In this document: piece after piece, positions 37,705-51,497 of the stretch | Layout: each line of letters opens with the position of its first letter | How positions within the stretch are numbered: position 1 is the first letter of the stretch | Source: Psilocybe cubensis | Taxonomy: Eukaryota | Assembly: GCA_017499595.2 (NCBI GenBank) | Contig: CM039002.1 | Span: 1,674,001 to 1,738,000 of the forward strand | Reading direction: 5' to 3' | Length of the DNA: 64,000 nt | Translations under genes and position numbers: made by a program | Notes under the pieces: model-generated | Told to the model about the DNA's origin: nothing | The model's input: only the letters and a program-made list of their open reading frames with translations | Database searches by the model: none

Positions 37705-38821
37705 TCAGCGCTGGTCGGGGTATGGTGCATACGCGGCATGAGGGCCGGGAGACGCGCGCCCACCTCCATAGGCCGCCTGCGGTCCTGGAGATGTCCTTCC
37801 TCCGCCGTATCCACCCATATTGTGCGGCCCTGGGCTCTGGCGGCCTTGCGGGACGCCCATGTCGTAGTGGTCGTACGCGGCGTGGGGGCCTGGACTCATT
37901 CTGCCCTGGTTCATCTGGGTCATGGGGATGGCTTCGCCGCCTTGCTCGATGGTTCCGGGGACAGGGCCGCGGTAGGGGTCGTAGTAGGCGCCTGTTGCTG
38001 CGGGGTCGTCGCGGTAGGGCTGGTTGGGGTTGAGATGGGGCAGAGGAGGGACGGCGTACGGGTCTGGGCCGGAAGATGCAAAGTCTGGGGTTGAGTAGTT
38101 GGTAGAAGGACGACGGGAGAGCGAGCCCTCTGAACCGGTATCGAAGCCAGAGCGGCCGGTGTTGTTGACAGGGAGCGGGTGAGAGTCGGAAGTGCCTGCG
38201 CCATGGGTATTTAGATCGGGCCACTTGATTGCTTCGTCTGCGGGGAAATGAGGGTGAATGTAAGAGAGAGAAAAAGAGAAGAAACTGACTGTCGTCAAAG
38301 TCGGAGAAGCGTTTCCTGGTAAACTTCCAGACGAAAAAGGCGATGATGCCAATGACGGCGATGCCACCTGCGACGGCGAGGCCGACGATGGAGCCAGTGC
38401 TCATGCCGGAAGACTTGTCGTCGTCGTCGCCGTTTGCAGAGGCATTGGTGGCAGTTGTTGAGGGAGTGGAGGAGGTGGCGGAGCCGATGACAGTGACGAT
38501 GACCTCTGTGCCGCCGACGGTGGTGAGTTGGAGAGACCTGGAGAGACTGGTGGGGGTGGTGGATATGGAGGTGGGGGTGGTAGACGAGGCCGAGGAGGAG
38601 CTAGAGGAGCTGGACGACGAGGAGGAGGAGCTGGACGAGCTGGAGGACGAGGAAGAGGACGACGACGACGAGGAGCTAACTGAAGTACTGGATGAACTGG
38701 ATGAGCTGGATGACTGGGAAGGATTTGTAGGATTGTCTGTTGGGTCTGGAGTCTGTCTGGGGAAGAGCTGAGCAGAGGCCTGGAGACAGAAACAGGCGAG
38801 GACGAGCCAGGGCAGACGCAT
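37705..38821 (-). CDS. Mid2/Wsc-like single-pass cell-surface protein
   Basis: Signal peptide MRLPWLVLACFCLQASA, Ser/Thr-rich ectodomain, TM segment IVGLAVAGGIAVIGIIAFFVW-KFTRKR, one intron and a Tyr/Pro-rich tail. Confidence 0.8.
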
Positions 38822-38885
38822 TAATACAGGTGAGGTGAAAGAAAGAAAGACACAGCCACCATCTTCCTCTTTATGTACTCTACTC

Positions 38886-39350
38886 ACACTATTGATCTAC
38901 TATGATCTAAAAGGCTGTGAATGCTCTGAACTGCACTTCGACCCTTTATTATAAAATGGGGTTTTTATCTTCTAGTCCCCTGCAACGAGTTTCCCTTTCC
39001 CAACGATCAAGACGCGCCCTCTATTGAAATAGAATGTGCGTCCATTGCTCCTCTCTGCGACATACACTGACCTCTTTGCAGATGTGCACACATCTGCATC
39101 GGTGGCACCCCAGGAATCTAATATTTTCCTAGACTCTCTCTATGCCCCCCGTCGCCAGTATGCGGCCTCGGATTCAGGCAGTGAATTCTCCCCCAGCTGC
39201 CCACCCTCGCCTACCAATGTCTGCTCCACCGCATACTCCTCCTCATCAGACAATTTGTTGCTCCACGACTCGTTCGACAACCTCCCGGCGTATACCAATT
39301 CACACTTTTATTTTAACCAGAGCCTAGCCTTGCCTTTGCTCAATTCATGA
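38886..39350 (+). pseudogene. Truncated duplicate of the promoter and 5' part of the 42119 zinc-finger gene
   Basis: 38886-39215 closely matches 42015-42355, but a short deletion removes the ATG (CCTGCAA-CGAGTT versus CCTGCAATGGCAGACGAATT). Confidence 0.75.
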
Positions 39351-39612
39351 CGCCCTTCCAACGTCTGATCTCCTCATCAGACAACTTGTTGCTCCATGAT
39401 TCGTTCGACAACCTCCCGACGTATAAATTTGCAGTTTATTTTACCAGAGCCTTGCCTTTACTCAATTCATGACGCCTTCCAAGGTCTGTTCAAAGTTGCA
39501 TTCCAGTCGAAATGCAACAACTTGCTACATCGTCCCCTATCATCTACATAGGCGGGTAGCCTGTCGCTTCAACAACAACTTGCTACACTCGTCCCTATCA
39601 TCTACTTATAGA
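39232..39612. repeat. Local tandem duplications (about 130-bp unit twice; about 37-bp unit twice)
   Basis: CTCCTCATCAGACAA...CTCAATTCATGACGCC occurs at about 39239-39358 and 39369-39480. CAACAACTTGCTACA..TCGTCCC.TATCATCTAC occurs at about 39515 and 39573. Confidence 0.8.
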
Positions 39613-40032
39613 TGATCTCAAGTACAGTGAGTTGAACTATTGTAATTGTTGCACTTTAGAACGCCAACACCTGACATCCTCTAGTACGCCCTCACAAACG
39701 TCGGCAGGTCTTGCTGATAAGTTCGCACGGATCATGAGCCTGAGCCCATACAAACCACAGACACAAAGCACTTGTGGATCACGTGTGCTTAAGCATTTTC
39801 GGTCGCTAGCAAACATCTCCGCAAACATAAAAGTAATGCACTCCTTAACGTCATTCTTCGCTGCCACTGTGCTGTGCATCCCACATAAATCTTTTGGTTC
39901 AACAAACTGTTCGACGAGCAGCACTTCTCCTTGAAGTGAGAGGCAGTGTTGCACTTCACTTGCGCTGCTACCATGTAGCATAAGTTGTTGTAAGGCAAAT
40001 TAAATTTCTGATAATCTATACCAAGCTTCCTA

Positions 40033-41136
40033 ATGTCTACAATCGCAGACCATCTTAGTTTTCCCTGCGATACAGAGCCACCCACTATCGAAATACAATC
40101 TCACAACTTCTTGCAAGATGTAGATACCTATCTGGAAAACTATTTGGGCCCCCACCCTGTTCCCGAATGGATCTACACACCCTTGGGTTTACCCAACGGA
40201 AACCAACCCAACTCTTTGCCGTTGTGTGCTGATTCTGCATACTCCAATGTCGACTCAGGCCACGCTCTTTTTCCTCCCCCAGCACAGTCATACTTAAATC
40301 AAAACCCGTCCATGCCATCCACTTACGATATTTGGGAGGACCACTACGGCGCCCCTTTTCCCACTTCTTTATCTCACACCCCCTTGTTGGAGCAAGGGCA
40401 GCTTGCCCCGTATCCCTCAGCTCGCCCTGTGCAGCACGCCAACACCGGCGAGCATTTCACTTTAGGGACCACCTTCTCCCCTGACCTTCCCGCCTTCCCG
40501 CCGTTGAACCACTGTATGACACCGCAGCAGGCGCAGGCGCCCAATTTGCAGCGTTCCGAACCGCCTTGCAAGGTGCCTACACCTCAGACGATTGATATGA
40601 ACTATATTCACCAGGTGATCAATGAGCACGCGGAGCCCTCTCTCCCCGTCGTGCCCCCGCCCCAAAGGAGCATCAGTATGGGATCTTTTTCCGTTTCCGC
40701 TGCAGCGAACGCCGACGCCACCACTTCTGGCGCCGCCAATGTAGAGGACACGCGACGCCACCTCGAAGCAAACTGCCCCTCGCATGTCCTCGCCTGCTTC
40801 AGAAGGGAGGCAAGACAGTCTGTCTTTTCCCCCGCAGGCTACGAGGCGATCATGAAAAGGCGCGAGAACTCGGCCAGATTTCTGTGTAAATTTTGCGAGC
40901 GCGATTTTACGCGCAAGTATGGATTGGATAGTAAGTGTTTTTTTTTCTTTTTTTTTTAATTTGGATGCTGATGTTGAAATAATCTCTTCCGTTCCGTTCT
41001 GTTATTTTTAGATCATATCAAAGCGCACCTAGGCATCGTCGATAAGTACTGCGAGTTCTGTGAGAAATCGTTTGCGTCGTCGCTTGCGAGACACAAAAAG
41101 CGCTGCAAGTTCATCCCGAACGCGGAGACTGTCTAG
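40033..41136 (+). CDS. C2H2 zinc-finger transcription factor
   Basis: FLCKFCERDFTRKYGLD/(intron)HIKAHLGIVDKYCEFCEKSFASSLARHKKRC; stop TAG at 41134-41136. Confidence 0.85.
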
Positions 41137-42118
41137 CACCGATTCGCTTCGTGCTTGCCGTACAAGGCCAATGCCAAAGGCAAGTTTTACAGACCTGAGG
41201 TAAAGGCGGAGAACGAGGTCGAGAGCGAGGCCCTTAACGGCAAGGCGCGTAAAAAAGAACGTTTTTTGCTGCATAAGCTCTTTATCTTTTGTGGGTGGGA
41301 TGGGTGGAGTAAAAATACTACCAACGTTGTGGTTTCTTTATCCAGCCTTCTCCTCCTCTTTGCTGTATATTTTTTCCCTAGAGATACGATTTTTGTTACT
41401 GAAGGTTAACAAGTTAATAAACAACACTAAACACAATGACGTAATATGGCATCCTATTGAAGATCATCGACGGGCGCTAATTTTACCTTGTCTACAAGCG
41501 TTGCAAACCTTCGGTCTGGAGCTTGATTGGTGGATTCAAAATTGTTTCCACTATCAGTGGTGAAAGACTGATCGAAAGAGGTATTCAGATTTTTCAACTA
41601 TCATGAAACTCGGATCCAATTATAGGTAGCCTCGAGGTAGCCTCGAGGTAAGCACTGTGTAAGGTCTCACGCCTGAAGTACAAGGTACTTGTGCCCTTTT
41701 ACTATGTTGAGAATGAAGCTGGTTCTAGAGTGCAAAAGATGTCGCTGAAATAGGGAGAACGTACATGTTTTTATTCCGTTAAACCACCCGTTTTCACGAA
41801 CTTTGGCCCATCTGGAGTGGAGTGTGGCGGGTTGATAACGTGACACTGACCGGAAGCGCGTCCGACGCGTCTTTGATCAGAAAACATGCAGAAAGCATTG
41901 ACGAGCAATGCCAGCTTGGGATTACATCACAGCCATCGGCCTTGGTAGCGGTCGTGAGTTCCATAAACGGGGGTAAAAGTTGTCACAAAGCAGACGTGAG
42001 TTGCTACTGACTGACACTATTGATCTACTATGATCCCAGAGGCTGTGGATGCTCGGAACTGGCACTGCACTTCGACCCTTTATTATAAAATGGAGTCTTT
42101 ATCTTCTTGCCCCCTGCA

Positions 42119-43712
42119 ATGGCAGACGAATTTACCTTTCCCAGCGATCCAGAGGCGCCCTCTATTGAAATAGAATGTGCGTCCATTGCTCCTCTCTGCG
42201 ACATACACTGACCTCTTTGCAGATGTGCACACATCCACATCGGTGGCACCCCAGGAATCTAATATTTTACTGGACTCTCTCTATCCCCCCCGTCGCCAGT
42301 ATGCGGCCTCGGATTCAGGCAGTGAATTCTCCCCCAGCTGCCCACCCTCGCCTGCCAGTGTCCACTCGTTCTTCTCAGACAACTTGCTCTCTGCCGACTT
42401 CTTTGACAACCCTAGTCGTTCTGCAGACAGCTTGGGTCTCATTGACTCGTTTGACAATCTCGATGTCCATCCAGAAAACTCTCCCGACATCCCATCTCTT
42501 ACTATAAATTCAGATTATACCTCGACCAACGCCCCTCCGTCCCCAATCTCTGACCAAAACCTTTCTCCGTCCTACATCCCTTCAGGGCAGCTCCTTCCAT
42601 TCTACCAAATTAACGCCTCTTCTTCCCTCTCCCTCCCCGAATACCTCTATTATGACCAATACGACCAAAGGAGGCCCCTTATCCGCGTTGCTTCTTCAAC
42701 ATCCCTAGCCTCTTCCTCCAATGATGGCCACCACACCCCGTACACCCCAGACATCCACGGGTACTTTGATTTCTCCCCCGCCCTGCCAGATGCTCCATGG
42801 CAGGACGACGCCCAGTCGTATGTCCAACCTTCCGAATCCCCTAATCCCTCGTCTCCGACCATTGATATGAATCAAATTCACGAGACGATCAAGGAGCACG
42901 CAGAGCAACCTACCCTTGTCGCTGTCCACCCGTCTGCCCCGGGAGTCACCACCGAGATCAACAACAGCAACGCCCCGACCATCGACGTCCAGCGCGTCCG
43001 TCAACTCGTCGAAGCCAGCAGTGCGCCTCACGTCCGCGCCTACTTCAAAAAGAATGCAAAGCAGGCCGTCTCTACTCACGCTGGCCTAATCGCGAGCAAT
43101 AATAGGCGCAAGTTCTCTGCCAAGTTTCCTTGTTCGATTTGTGGGCACAACTTTACGCGCAAGCTTGGCTTGAACAGTGAGTGGTGTTTTCTACTTATTA
43201 GCAATATTTGTTAATCCTATCTTCTAGATCACCTCAAAGCACACCTCGGCATCGTCGACCAGCACTGCAGGTTCTGCACTGGTATGTTCGCTACGTCCTT
43301 GAAGAGACACATGAAGCGCTGCAGATTCAACCCTGATCGCGAGACCGCCAACCGGGGCACTTCGTCTCTCCCCTCCTCCTCCTCCTCATCATCATCACTG
43401 GCCAAAGGTAAAGGCAAGGAGAAAGCTAGCGCGGGAGAGCTAGCGGGCGAAGATCGAGAGCAAATTGGGACGGCGACGGAGATGTCGCCGTTTGTGTTCA
43501 GAGGAGCCTCCGGTCCGACCCAGAGGCCGAGAGTGAGAGTGCCAAGGGTGAAGGTAAATAGTACCAGTGCGACTGAGAACGGCGGATGTGGGGTAGAGGG
43601 GGATGCGAACACTGCGGATGAGGGTGTCGAGCTTCCTTCTGCTTCTCGTGCAGCCCCGAGTTCGAGTTCGAGTTCAAAATTGTTGAAGAAGCACGGCAAA
43701 CGTGGTGTGTGA
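42119..43712 (+). CDS. C2H2 zinc-finger transcription factor, paralogue of 40033
   Basis: ATG at 42119 (MADEFTFPSDPEAPSIEIE, similar to the 40033 N-terminus), with TATAAAA at 42084. Encodes FPCSICGHNFTRKLGLN/HLKAHLGIVDQHCRFCTGMFATSLKRHMKRC. Confidence 0.85.
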
Positions 43713-44947
43713 GCTCTCTTTTCGTCGCTTCCTTCTTCCTGTTCGCACTTTGTCTTCAAACTTTGAAGCAGGTCTTTGAAGTGTTTAATCATATCATCCA
43801 ATCCCAACCCTTTTGTTCTTGTTTTTTGCTTACTTTCATGTCCTTTCATGATACTTTTACGGTCATATTTCTGTTATGTTTCGTTTTTCACTGGTCCTTC
43901 GGATATGTTTTCTCTCTCCCTCATTATCTCTCGTCTCATCGCATCACTCCATTGCATCGTACTCCAATACCCCTACACTTTCCCCCAATTATATCTATAC
44001 TATCTATTATCATTGCATCACTAAAATATTGCAGAGCGTCGTATATTTTTTTAAAAAAACCTTTGAGGGTGTGTTGGGTGGCGTGGGGTTGCCAATCCTG
44101 TGTTTCTCCACTCTAGCCGTCATCTCCTCTAATTTTTTGGCATTTCTCGAGGAACGCTTCTGGGCATTTTCGATTTTTTTTTCAAACATTTTCGTTCGTT
44201 AATGGATGTGTTGCGGTTTAATTTCATATTCAATACCTTTTTTTATCTTATTGATTGCATTTCCTTTTTCTTTGGTTGCTCTGTCGCTTCTCTTCGAATG
44301 TTCTCCTTCTACACTTTTTTCGTTTTGGTGTCCCGGAGGCGATGACTCTATCCTGACTCCGAATCCGAATCCGAATATCCTAATATTTTCCCTCAATAGA
44401 ATGGCGATGACATATTTGCCCTAGCCCTTGCCCTTGCCCTTCCCCATACATCCCCCATCATTTCATTTCCCATTCACAAGTTATCACGACACCATACGAT
44501 ACGACACGAAATATTCTTCCAGTTCACACTCTTGCATTGCAGTGCATCGATATTGATACCACTGCTCCTCCTCTTCCCTACCGTCCAATACCCATATATT
44601 ACTCGGACGCGGTCTCCGACCATTTTACACCTAGTATCTGGGTTCATTTTTCCTGGAGACTCTGACGTCGCTAACACTATGACCTTCCCTTTCCCCTTCC
44701 ATCTCCGCCTACATCTATATCTACATTGTCTCGATTCTTCGATAGGTCTGATGGAATTGGAATCGCCAGCCACAACCACAGCCTCCCCCTCAGCCTCAGC
44801 CTCACACTCAATCTTGCTCGTTCCCCGGGATTACCTTTCCGAATTTTTTTTCTTTTTGCATTGCGCTTTCTGATGTGACTCTTTGTGCGGCGCGGATTTG
44901 CCTCTCGACTTCGGAATTCTGGGTTTCTATTTTCAACTCCATCATGT

Positions 44948-45045
44948 CCCCATCCCCATCTCCAGCCTGATCTCCATCCCCAGCCTCATCCCCATCCCCA
45001 GCCTCATCCCCATCCCCAGTCTCATCCCCATCCACAGCCTCATCA
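44948..45045. repeat. 18-bp minisatellite (CCCCATCCCCAGCCTCAT-like), about 5 units
   Basis: Directly visible tandem units. Confidence 0.8.
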
Positions 45046-47372
45046 TAATCACCATTGTTTTCTCATGACTTCATGCTCTTTTTGACTTTCTCGCTCGGAT
45101 TTGGTTGTTCATCTACAAGCATTGTTTTATTTATGAGCATCACGCATCGGTACTCGCATCAATATATTAATGGCAATAGCAATAGCAATGGTAATGGTAA
45201 TGAACTTTGCAGAGCATGTAACTTTTATACTTGGATACCCTCGTACCATTCCCAGTTTTTTCCACCCCCCACCCTATCTTCCTCTTTCAGTTGATTTTGT
45301 TATTGGCTGTAATTGTAATTCTGCTTCCACCCACCACCACTCATGAATTGTAAATTGTGTATTTGTTGTACAATTAAAATGTATATTTAATTTGGTTTTA
45401 TTGTGCTTCAGGTCTTCTAATTATTTTAGGTGAGGTCTTAAGCTGACTACTTCCATCACTCATCAAATCATGGTGGAAAGAAAGTTGCGATCGGATTGTG
45501 TGGGTGAGATGGGGAGTAGGGGACGTCGGAGTCATCCATCGACTGCGCAGTGTGACTGTGAGTCAGTGAATAGTATGTACATGGGGAACGTTATCGGAGT
45601 GGCAGTGATACTTGTTAGTGTATGTAGTAAGTACTGCGTGAGTGCGTGAGCACTGTCGTTTCCGGCGTTTCCGAGGGCTGTCTAGCTACAAGTCTGAGGT
45701 GTGTGCTATATTTATTATGAATGTTACTGGTGGATATTTGGTTGACATCTTGTGATGCGATTTGAACTTGAAGTATTCGAGGCACGAGGCAAGGCTGTAC
45801 TGCTTTGCTACCTTGGGTAAAGCGGTCTACGTGGTTTTCTTACCGTGTTTGTGTGGCTTGGGTAGGATGATGGATAGGTAAGGCAGAAGAAAGTGTGATT
45901 TGTGATTCCGAATCGGGTGACAGGTGAGTCAGGACAGCTTGAAAGCCGCTGACGCCTACAGGTGTACAGCCATGGATTTGTGTCTTCCATTTTTCTTTGT
46001 TTCGATCGCTGTCTGGAGCTGTCACAGAGAATCACGGCGATAAATTGACTTGATCTTGAGGTTGAAGGAGACATATTATGGATAATTGGTTTTGAGTGAT
46101 TAAGCGGGTAGAGGGCGGATGAGTGAAAGGGTGTGTGTCAAAGATAGCTGCCTCGTGAGAATGGGAAAGTGAGTGGTTATAATTCGCGAAGAATGAAGAT
46201 TTCAAGCGGTTGACATAGGATAGTACAATTCGCCACCGTGATTGAGCCTCTCGGACAGGCATTTTCCATGTTTTGTGTTAGTTGTGTCGGGAGTGTCAGT
46301 GGACGCAGTTTCAGCTTTCGGCTTGTCTGGAAATTAATCGAACTTGTTGTTGTTAGTTTTCGTTGTAATTTTGAGCTTCCTGGGTTTCATAGGAAGGGGG
46401 AAAGTGTATTAACATCGAAACCAGATGCCTTGAAAGCGGGTGGATTGCCATGGATGTTTCTGATAGTAGAAGTCTATCGTTTGATAGAACGAGATCATGA
46501 ACAGCCCCAAGTCTGGAGCTGCAGCGATTTGTCTGCATTCCAAGAAGAGCCTGCTGCATACATGTCGTCGTTTTCTACCATACATTCTCCTCTGATTGGT
46601 TGTTCCAGTGTCGCAACCGTGTATAAACAAGGCTGAAAGAAGTCATTGTGAACTGCCTTTGCTGATAGGAGGGTTCGTTCATGTCAGGGTTTTCCAAAAG
46701 AATGAGCCTAATAATACATATGCGCACTGCAAGAATATATGACCTTCCCGATGCTCTACAATTTCTGATCTGTTTATTCTGTGAAAGAATGTTTTTGGCT
46801 TGAACACGAGGCTTGCGTGCGAGGAGACCATTGGGTTGTTCGCCGCTTAGGAAATGGCTATGCAGACTGACGAGACCCATTGTAGAGCGATTAGCGCAAA
46901 TGGCAAGTTCCGTGTATATTAAAAGAAAGAGAAAAGTAATGGTGTACTTGGTTTTTTGTTTCAAAGGCCAGGCGTTGCGCAATGTGGTGGAATTTCATGG
47001 ACGGAGACTCCACCGTTGAGGTGACAGTCACCGAACACGACGAACTCGAAGGTGAAAACAATAAGTTACTCGGATTATGACGTGAGATCCATTTAAAGGA
47101 TAGTCTCGAGGTACACAGCATGTGAAACTCCCCCCCGGATCAGCCGAAACTTTGAAATACGTGTTGTGGATGTAGACGCACAAATTGGCGCCCGTACGAT
47201 GATCTTATCAGGATTGGGCACGTGCATATTACGTCATGAAATCCACGTGCCGATGCAAGCTATTCTTGTTTCCCGCCAAGTCTTTTTTCTCTGTTTTGCT
47301 CAGCAATTACTTACTACGCAAAATTACATCTCTGGCTTCTGAATAAACTTGAACCTCAAGAAAATGTAAAAT

Positions 47373-50300
47373 ATGTCTTCTCCTAAACGCCGTAAACTCA
47401 ATGACGCAGGTATCGCTCATGATTTTCAAGGCGTGGAGATCCCGCAACGCTTTTTGTCAGATGTCAACGCAGAGGTTGAAACTGAGATTGCGCTCAAAGA
47501 GCAGCTTTCTGATACCCTGGAGGCTCGCATTGCGTGGGCGATGATGCTGCAGGATTCTCTCAAAAAAGGTGTGTACCACATGTACGGATTCATTCCGCGT
47601 TATCCAATACTTACATAGCGGCATCCAGGCACAGGAAACGCATCGCAGGGCACCTTTCGAAGCGTCGCGCTCGACGCCCTATCCGTAACCGAACAAACAG
47701 CCTCGCACATCCTCCAAAAGGACCCTGTTGCTCCACCGCTAGGCGACCCCACCCGCCTCCTCTCACCCACCGTACCCCGTCCTACACCCCGCAAACCGGT
47801 TTACACCCCATTCAAAAAGCCTGCCTTCCTGTACATCCGCTCCTCTACCCTGGGAGGCACGGACCCCAACGATCCGGACACGCATAACCACCTGTACCTC
47901 CTCAAATGCCCCGGCTGCGCGCGCACGGCGTTCACATCGCTCCAAGGCCTCCTCAACCATGCGCGGCTGACACACGCGTTGGAGTGGGGCACGCACGATG
48001 AGTGCATTAGAGCGTGTGCGGTTGTCGATAATGATTTGGACGTGGCAGCGGGGATTGAGGTGGGCATTGGCCCTGCGGGCATTCTCCCGGGCTTGCGTAC
48101 CATTTTTCAGAGGGCAGTTGGGGGAAATGTACAGCTGCCGCCTCCGCCCCCGACACCTTCAACACCAGGGCCGGAAACTGAGGTTGGTCCGGCCATCGAT
48201 GACTCCGTGGATGCGGGTGAAGGTACTAATGCTGCTGCGAGTGTTGAGGCCAACGTGAATGCTGCCAAGGAAGAGCAACAACCAACGTCTTCTGGTGTCG
48301 GTGGTGACCATTTAATTAAAACACTTGGTTTTCACAGCGAGTCGCCTGCTCTTGCGCCTTTCTTGGGTAAAGATACCATACGTCGCGAAATAAAAGTTTG
48401 GAATGAGGATGCAGACATTGACATTTTCGTAAACGACGGCTTGCAGACAACAAAAAAGTCCCAGTGGAAGATGCCGTTCACGCCGCGTAATTTCTTTGAA
48501 CAGGTCAACAAATCTCATTTACATGTCGACACTCTTGGACAACCTCACAACATCACGGATATGGAAATAGACACATCTTCGGGAGATAAGCAAGACCATG
48601 ATAGCAATGCAACTTTAGCCGCAGTGAGTTTGATCTAGATAAGCAATCCCTTGCAAATGGGATCTTTTCTCATCAGTTTTTCTAGCACCCAAAAATCGCC
48701 GAAAACGTAGTAACAAGCAATAGCAGGTTTCACTTCATGGCCCGGATTATCATCACAGACCGTAGTTTGTGGATTCCACCTGGTGCGCCTATCTGAGCCA
48801 TATCGTAAGTTAATTACATAGCATTGAACCTTTTTTTACTCATAGCTCAGAGACCTGTCGGTGAAAAATATACCCACAAATGGATGATGTCCGTCGACGC
48901 TCCTGCATATGTATGTGTCTCGCATCTCTCTTTAATCTGCAAATTTATTTTGGCACTGGGCGGCAGACACATCATATAACCAGCATCTTGAACAGTGTGC
49001 GCGTTGGGCCCTCTGAGCCTTCACTCCCTATTCCGACACCTCCACCTACAACATCCCCGCCGTTTGTCGTTGTAGGTTTCTGCGACCGACCCTTCCTTGC
49101 CAAAGTGGAACTCTCTTTTTCTGGAACGTCCTCTCAGCACAAAGAATCAGATCTGGCGGAGCAAAAGGTCTCATTTGAGCATTGGGTTGGTGTACGTTGA
49201 TGATTTACTTCTATTTCCTGACTTTCTGATCCTAATTCTGACTTTCTTAGCTAAACCCAATCGACAATCCTGAAGTACCCGTGTTCCAGGGTCAAGATCA
49301 AGTTCTAGACGTTGAATTGGATAAGAGCACAATTCTGAAGCCACCGCAGTTGGGGTATGTTCCACTGAGTTCAAGGTCGCTGTGGAATATGGCTGCCATT
49401 CCGTCTCCTTCTACTCTTATTACTTCTGAGAGTAGCGGGGTCGCGCAGAGTGAGGTGACAGAACAAGAAAAAGTCGAACGTTGTGAAGAAGATGCTTTTG
49501 AATTATCAAACGGTGATTAATTTTTTCCGTTATGGGTGTTAGCCATTTATTTGAAATCTCACCTTGACTTCTATATAGAAACTCGTGCTATTTTAACGCG
49601 TCTTGTGAAACAATTTCCTATCTCATTAGACAGTGAGGACTGAGTTGTTAATTTTATGATTTAGAGCACTTATCCACATAAATTCACAGACGCAAAACGA
49701 AACGGAATACAGCCGTCGTCTCTTCCATATAAATTACCAGCTTCAGTTGCGTACTTTCGTACACTAGTTATGGGCCGCAGGAAAGCCATTGAGGTTTGTA
49801 ACTCTGTATCCGTTATTCTTTCTAGACTAAAGGCATATCAGCGAGCTCGTGCCAGGGCCGTGCAGGAGGCGTATAATCAAGAGATACACAACCTTAACAA
49901 CCCACAACTAAGTCCTTTGTCAGTAGGCGATGTGTTCTGGTGGATGACCGAGACTGGTTGTTTCCTTCGCGAAAAAGAAAAGAAGCCCACAAAACAAAAT
50001 GCGAAGCAAAACGAACACGTTCAGCAGGAATTACAATCTGAACCTTTGGTAGAACAGAAAATTAAAGCAGAAGACGAGCAAAGGTCAGCCAGCACAAATC
50101 ATTCAGCGCCGTCCGTGCGCAAATGGTGTCGCGTATGTGGTTTGGAAGCCAGGAATCACGAAACAGCCAAATTTGTCGTCAAAGCGGAAGATGAAATGGA
50201 AAGTCTGGAAGACGGAAATGGGGGTGTGAAGGAGGGATTGGTCAAAGAATCCTATGCGGGTGTAGTAACCCTCGTATCCAACCAAGAAGAATGCCATATT

Positions 50301-50993
50301 GTGCCTCGAGTCCTTCAAATCGCCAAATTACCTAACATCGACATTCGGATGCTCCAAGAGGATTCACAACCGCCCACTTTGACTCGCAATGGCGTCAACA
50401 AAACGGGGACTGTGAAGAAAGTGACGTTAGACGCCAGGGAGATTGTCGCTGCAGCTGATCCAAAGTTGATGTTATCGATACAGAAGTCGGTATCGGACCT
50501 GTCACTTTCCACATTTCGTCATCTTCAAGAAAGCGAAAGCAGTGGAGAGCTGTTCCCAATCGATGCAATCGGCGCGCACCGTGCAGAGATCGAAAGCAGG
50601 CTTGCTCCAACTGCATTGTTGGCCCACTTGACGAAACAATTTATACGCGTACTGGTTCAGGATGGCTTGGAGGTTGCGAAAAGGGACAGAGTCATCGCGT
50701 CTGGAGTAGTACCTGCCTCTTCAGCACCATCGCAGAAAGGTAATAGAAGGAAAAAACCGAATGCACGGGTTACGGTTCTACTCACTCCGACACATATTCT
50801 TTCCGGAATTCTTACTCGCGGCCGAGGGAGAAGCAGCAGCAGCAGTGGCGTGCCTGTTAATAATGCGGTGGATGCCGTTATCTTATCGTCGCTCTCGAAG
50901 CTGGGGATCGGTGTCGAGGATGACTCCGCAACCCCTAGTTGTCAAGGCGAGGGAAAGGGCGAAAGCGAGGCGCGAGTCAAACTGGAAGAATGA
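47373..50993 (+). CDS. YEATS-domain chromatin protein with AHC1-like zinc finger
   Basis: NLS-like SPKRRKL. CPGCARTAFTSLQGLLNHARLTH..WGTHDECIRAC forms the finger. RFHFMARIIITDRSLWIP..YTHKWMMSV..PPFVVVGFCDRPFLAKVELSF is YEATS-like. Many short introns. Confidence 0.7.
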
Positions 50994-51497
50994 GTGGATT
51001 GAAATCTATCGTTTTTGTTGTCACTGGATCCGATGGGACTACCAAGGAGACTAAGGCAACCTTTTCAATGAAATTTTCCGAGGAGTGGTTAGAGACGATG
51101 TCGAAATCCGCGTATCACACGAGACCAGGTGCACACATACGATTCCATTCATGCATGGTCCGAGTCTACTCCAAATGCTAGAATACAGTATGATCAACTA
51201 CAATCTTCCCTCTACCCACTCTGGACAGCCCGGTGGCACATTTCTCGCAACGCTGGACTAGGGGATATCGAGGTTACTGGATTACCGGACGTCTATTAAA
51301 CTCGTCTATATTGATGCCTTCTCGAACCGCCTCTGATGGAGTGAGTCCAGTCTTCGTCATCTCCTGACTTCTCGATCCAACCTTGGTGCAACCCTTTATT
51401 ATGAGCCCCATGTCGAGTTCAAAGTCTCCAAACTCACTTTTTTGTTCTCCTTGGTCTCTCTTTTTCAGTTCTCTCAACTCTGCCTGTTCTCAACACA

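Noticed and set aside
30360-38771. Many long antisense or alternate-frame ORFs (for example 31958-32923, 32560-33570, 38343-38771)
   Set aside because: Shadows of GC-rich low-complexity coding sequence.
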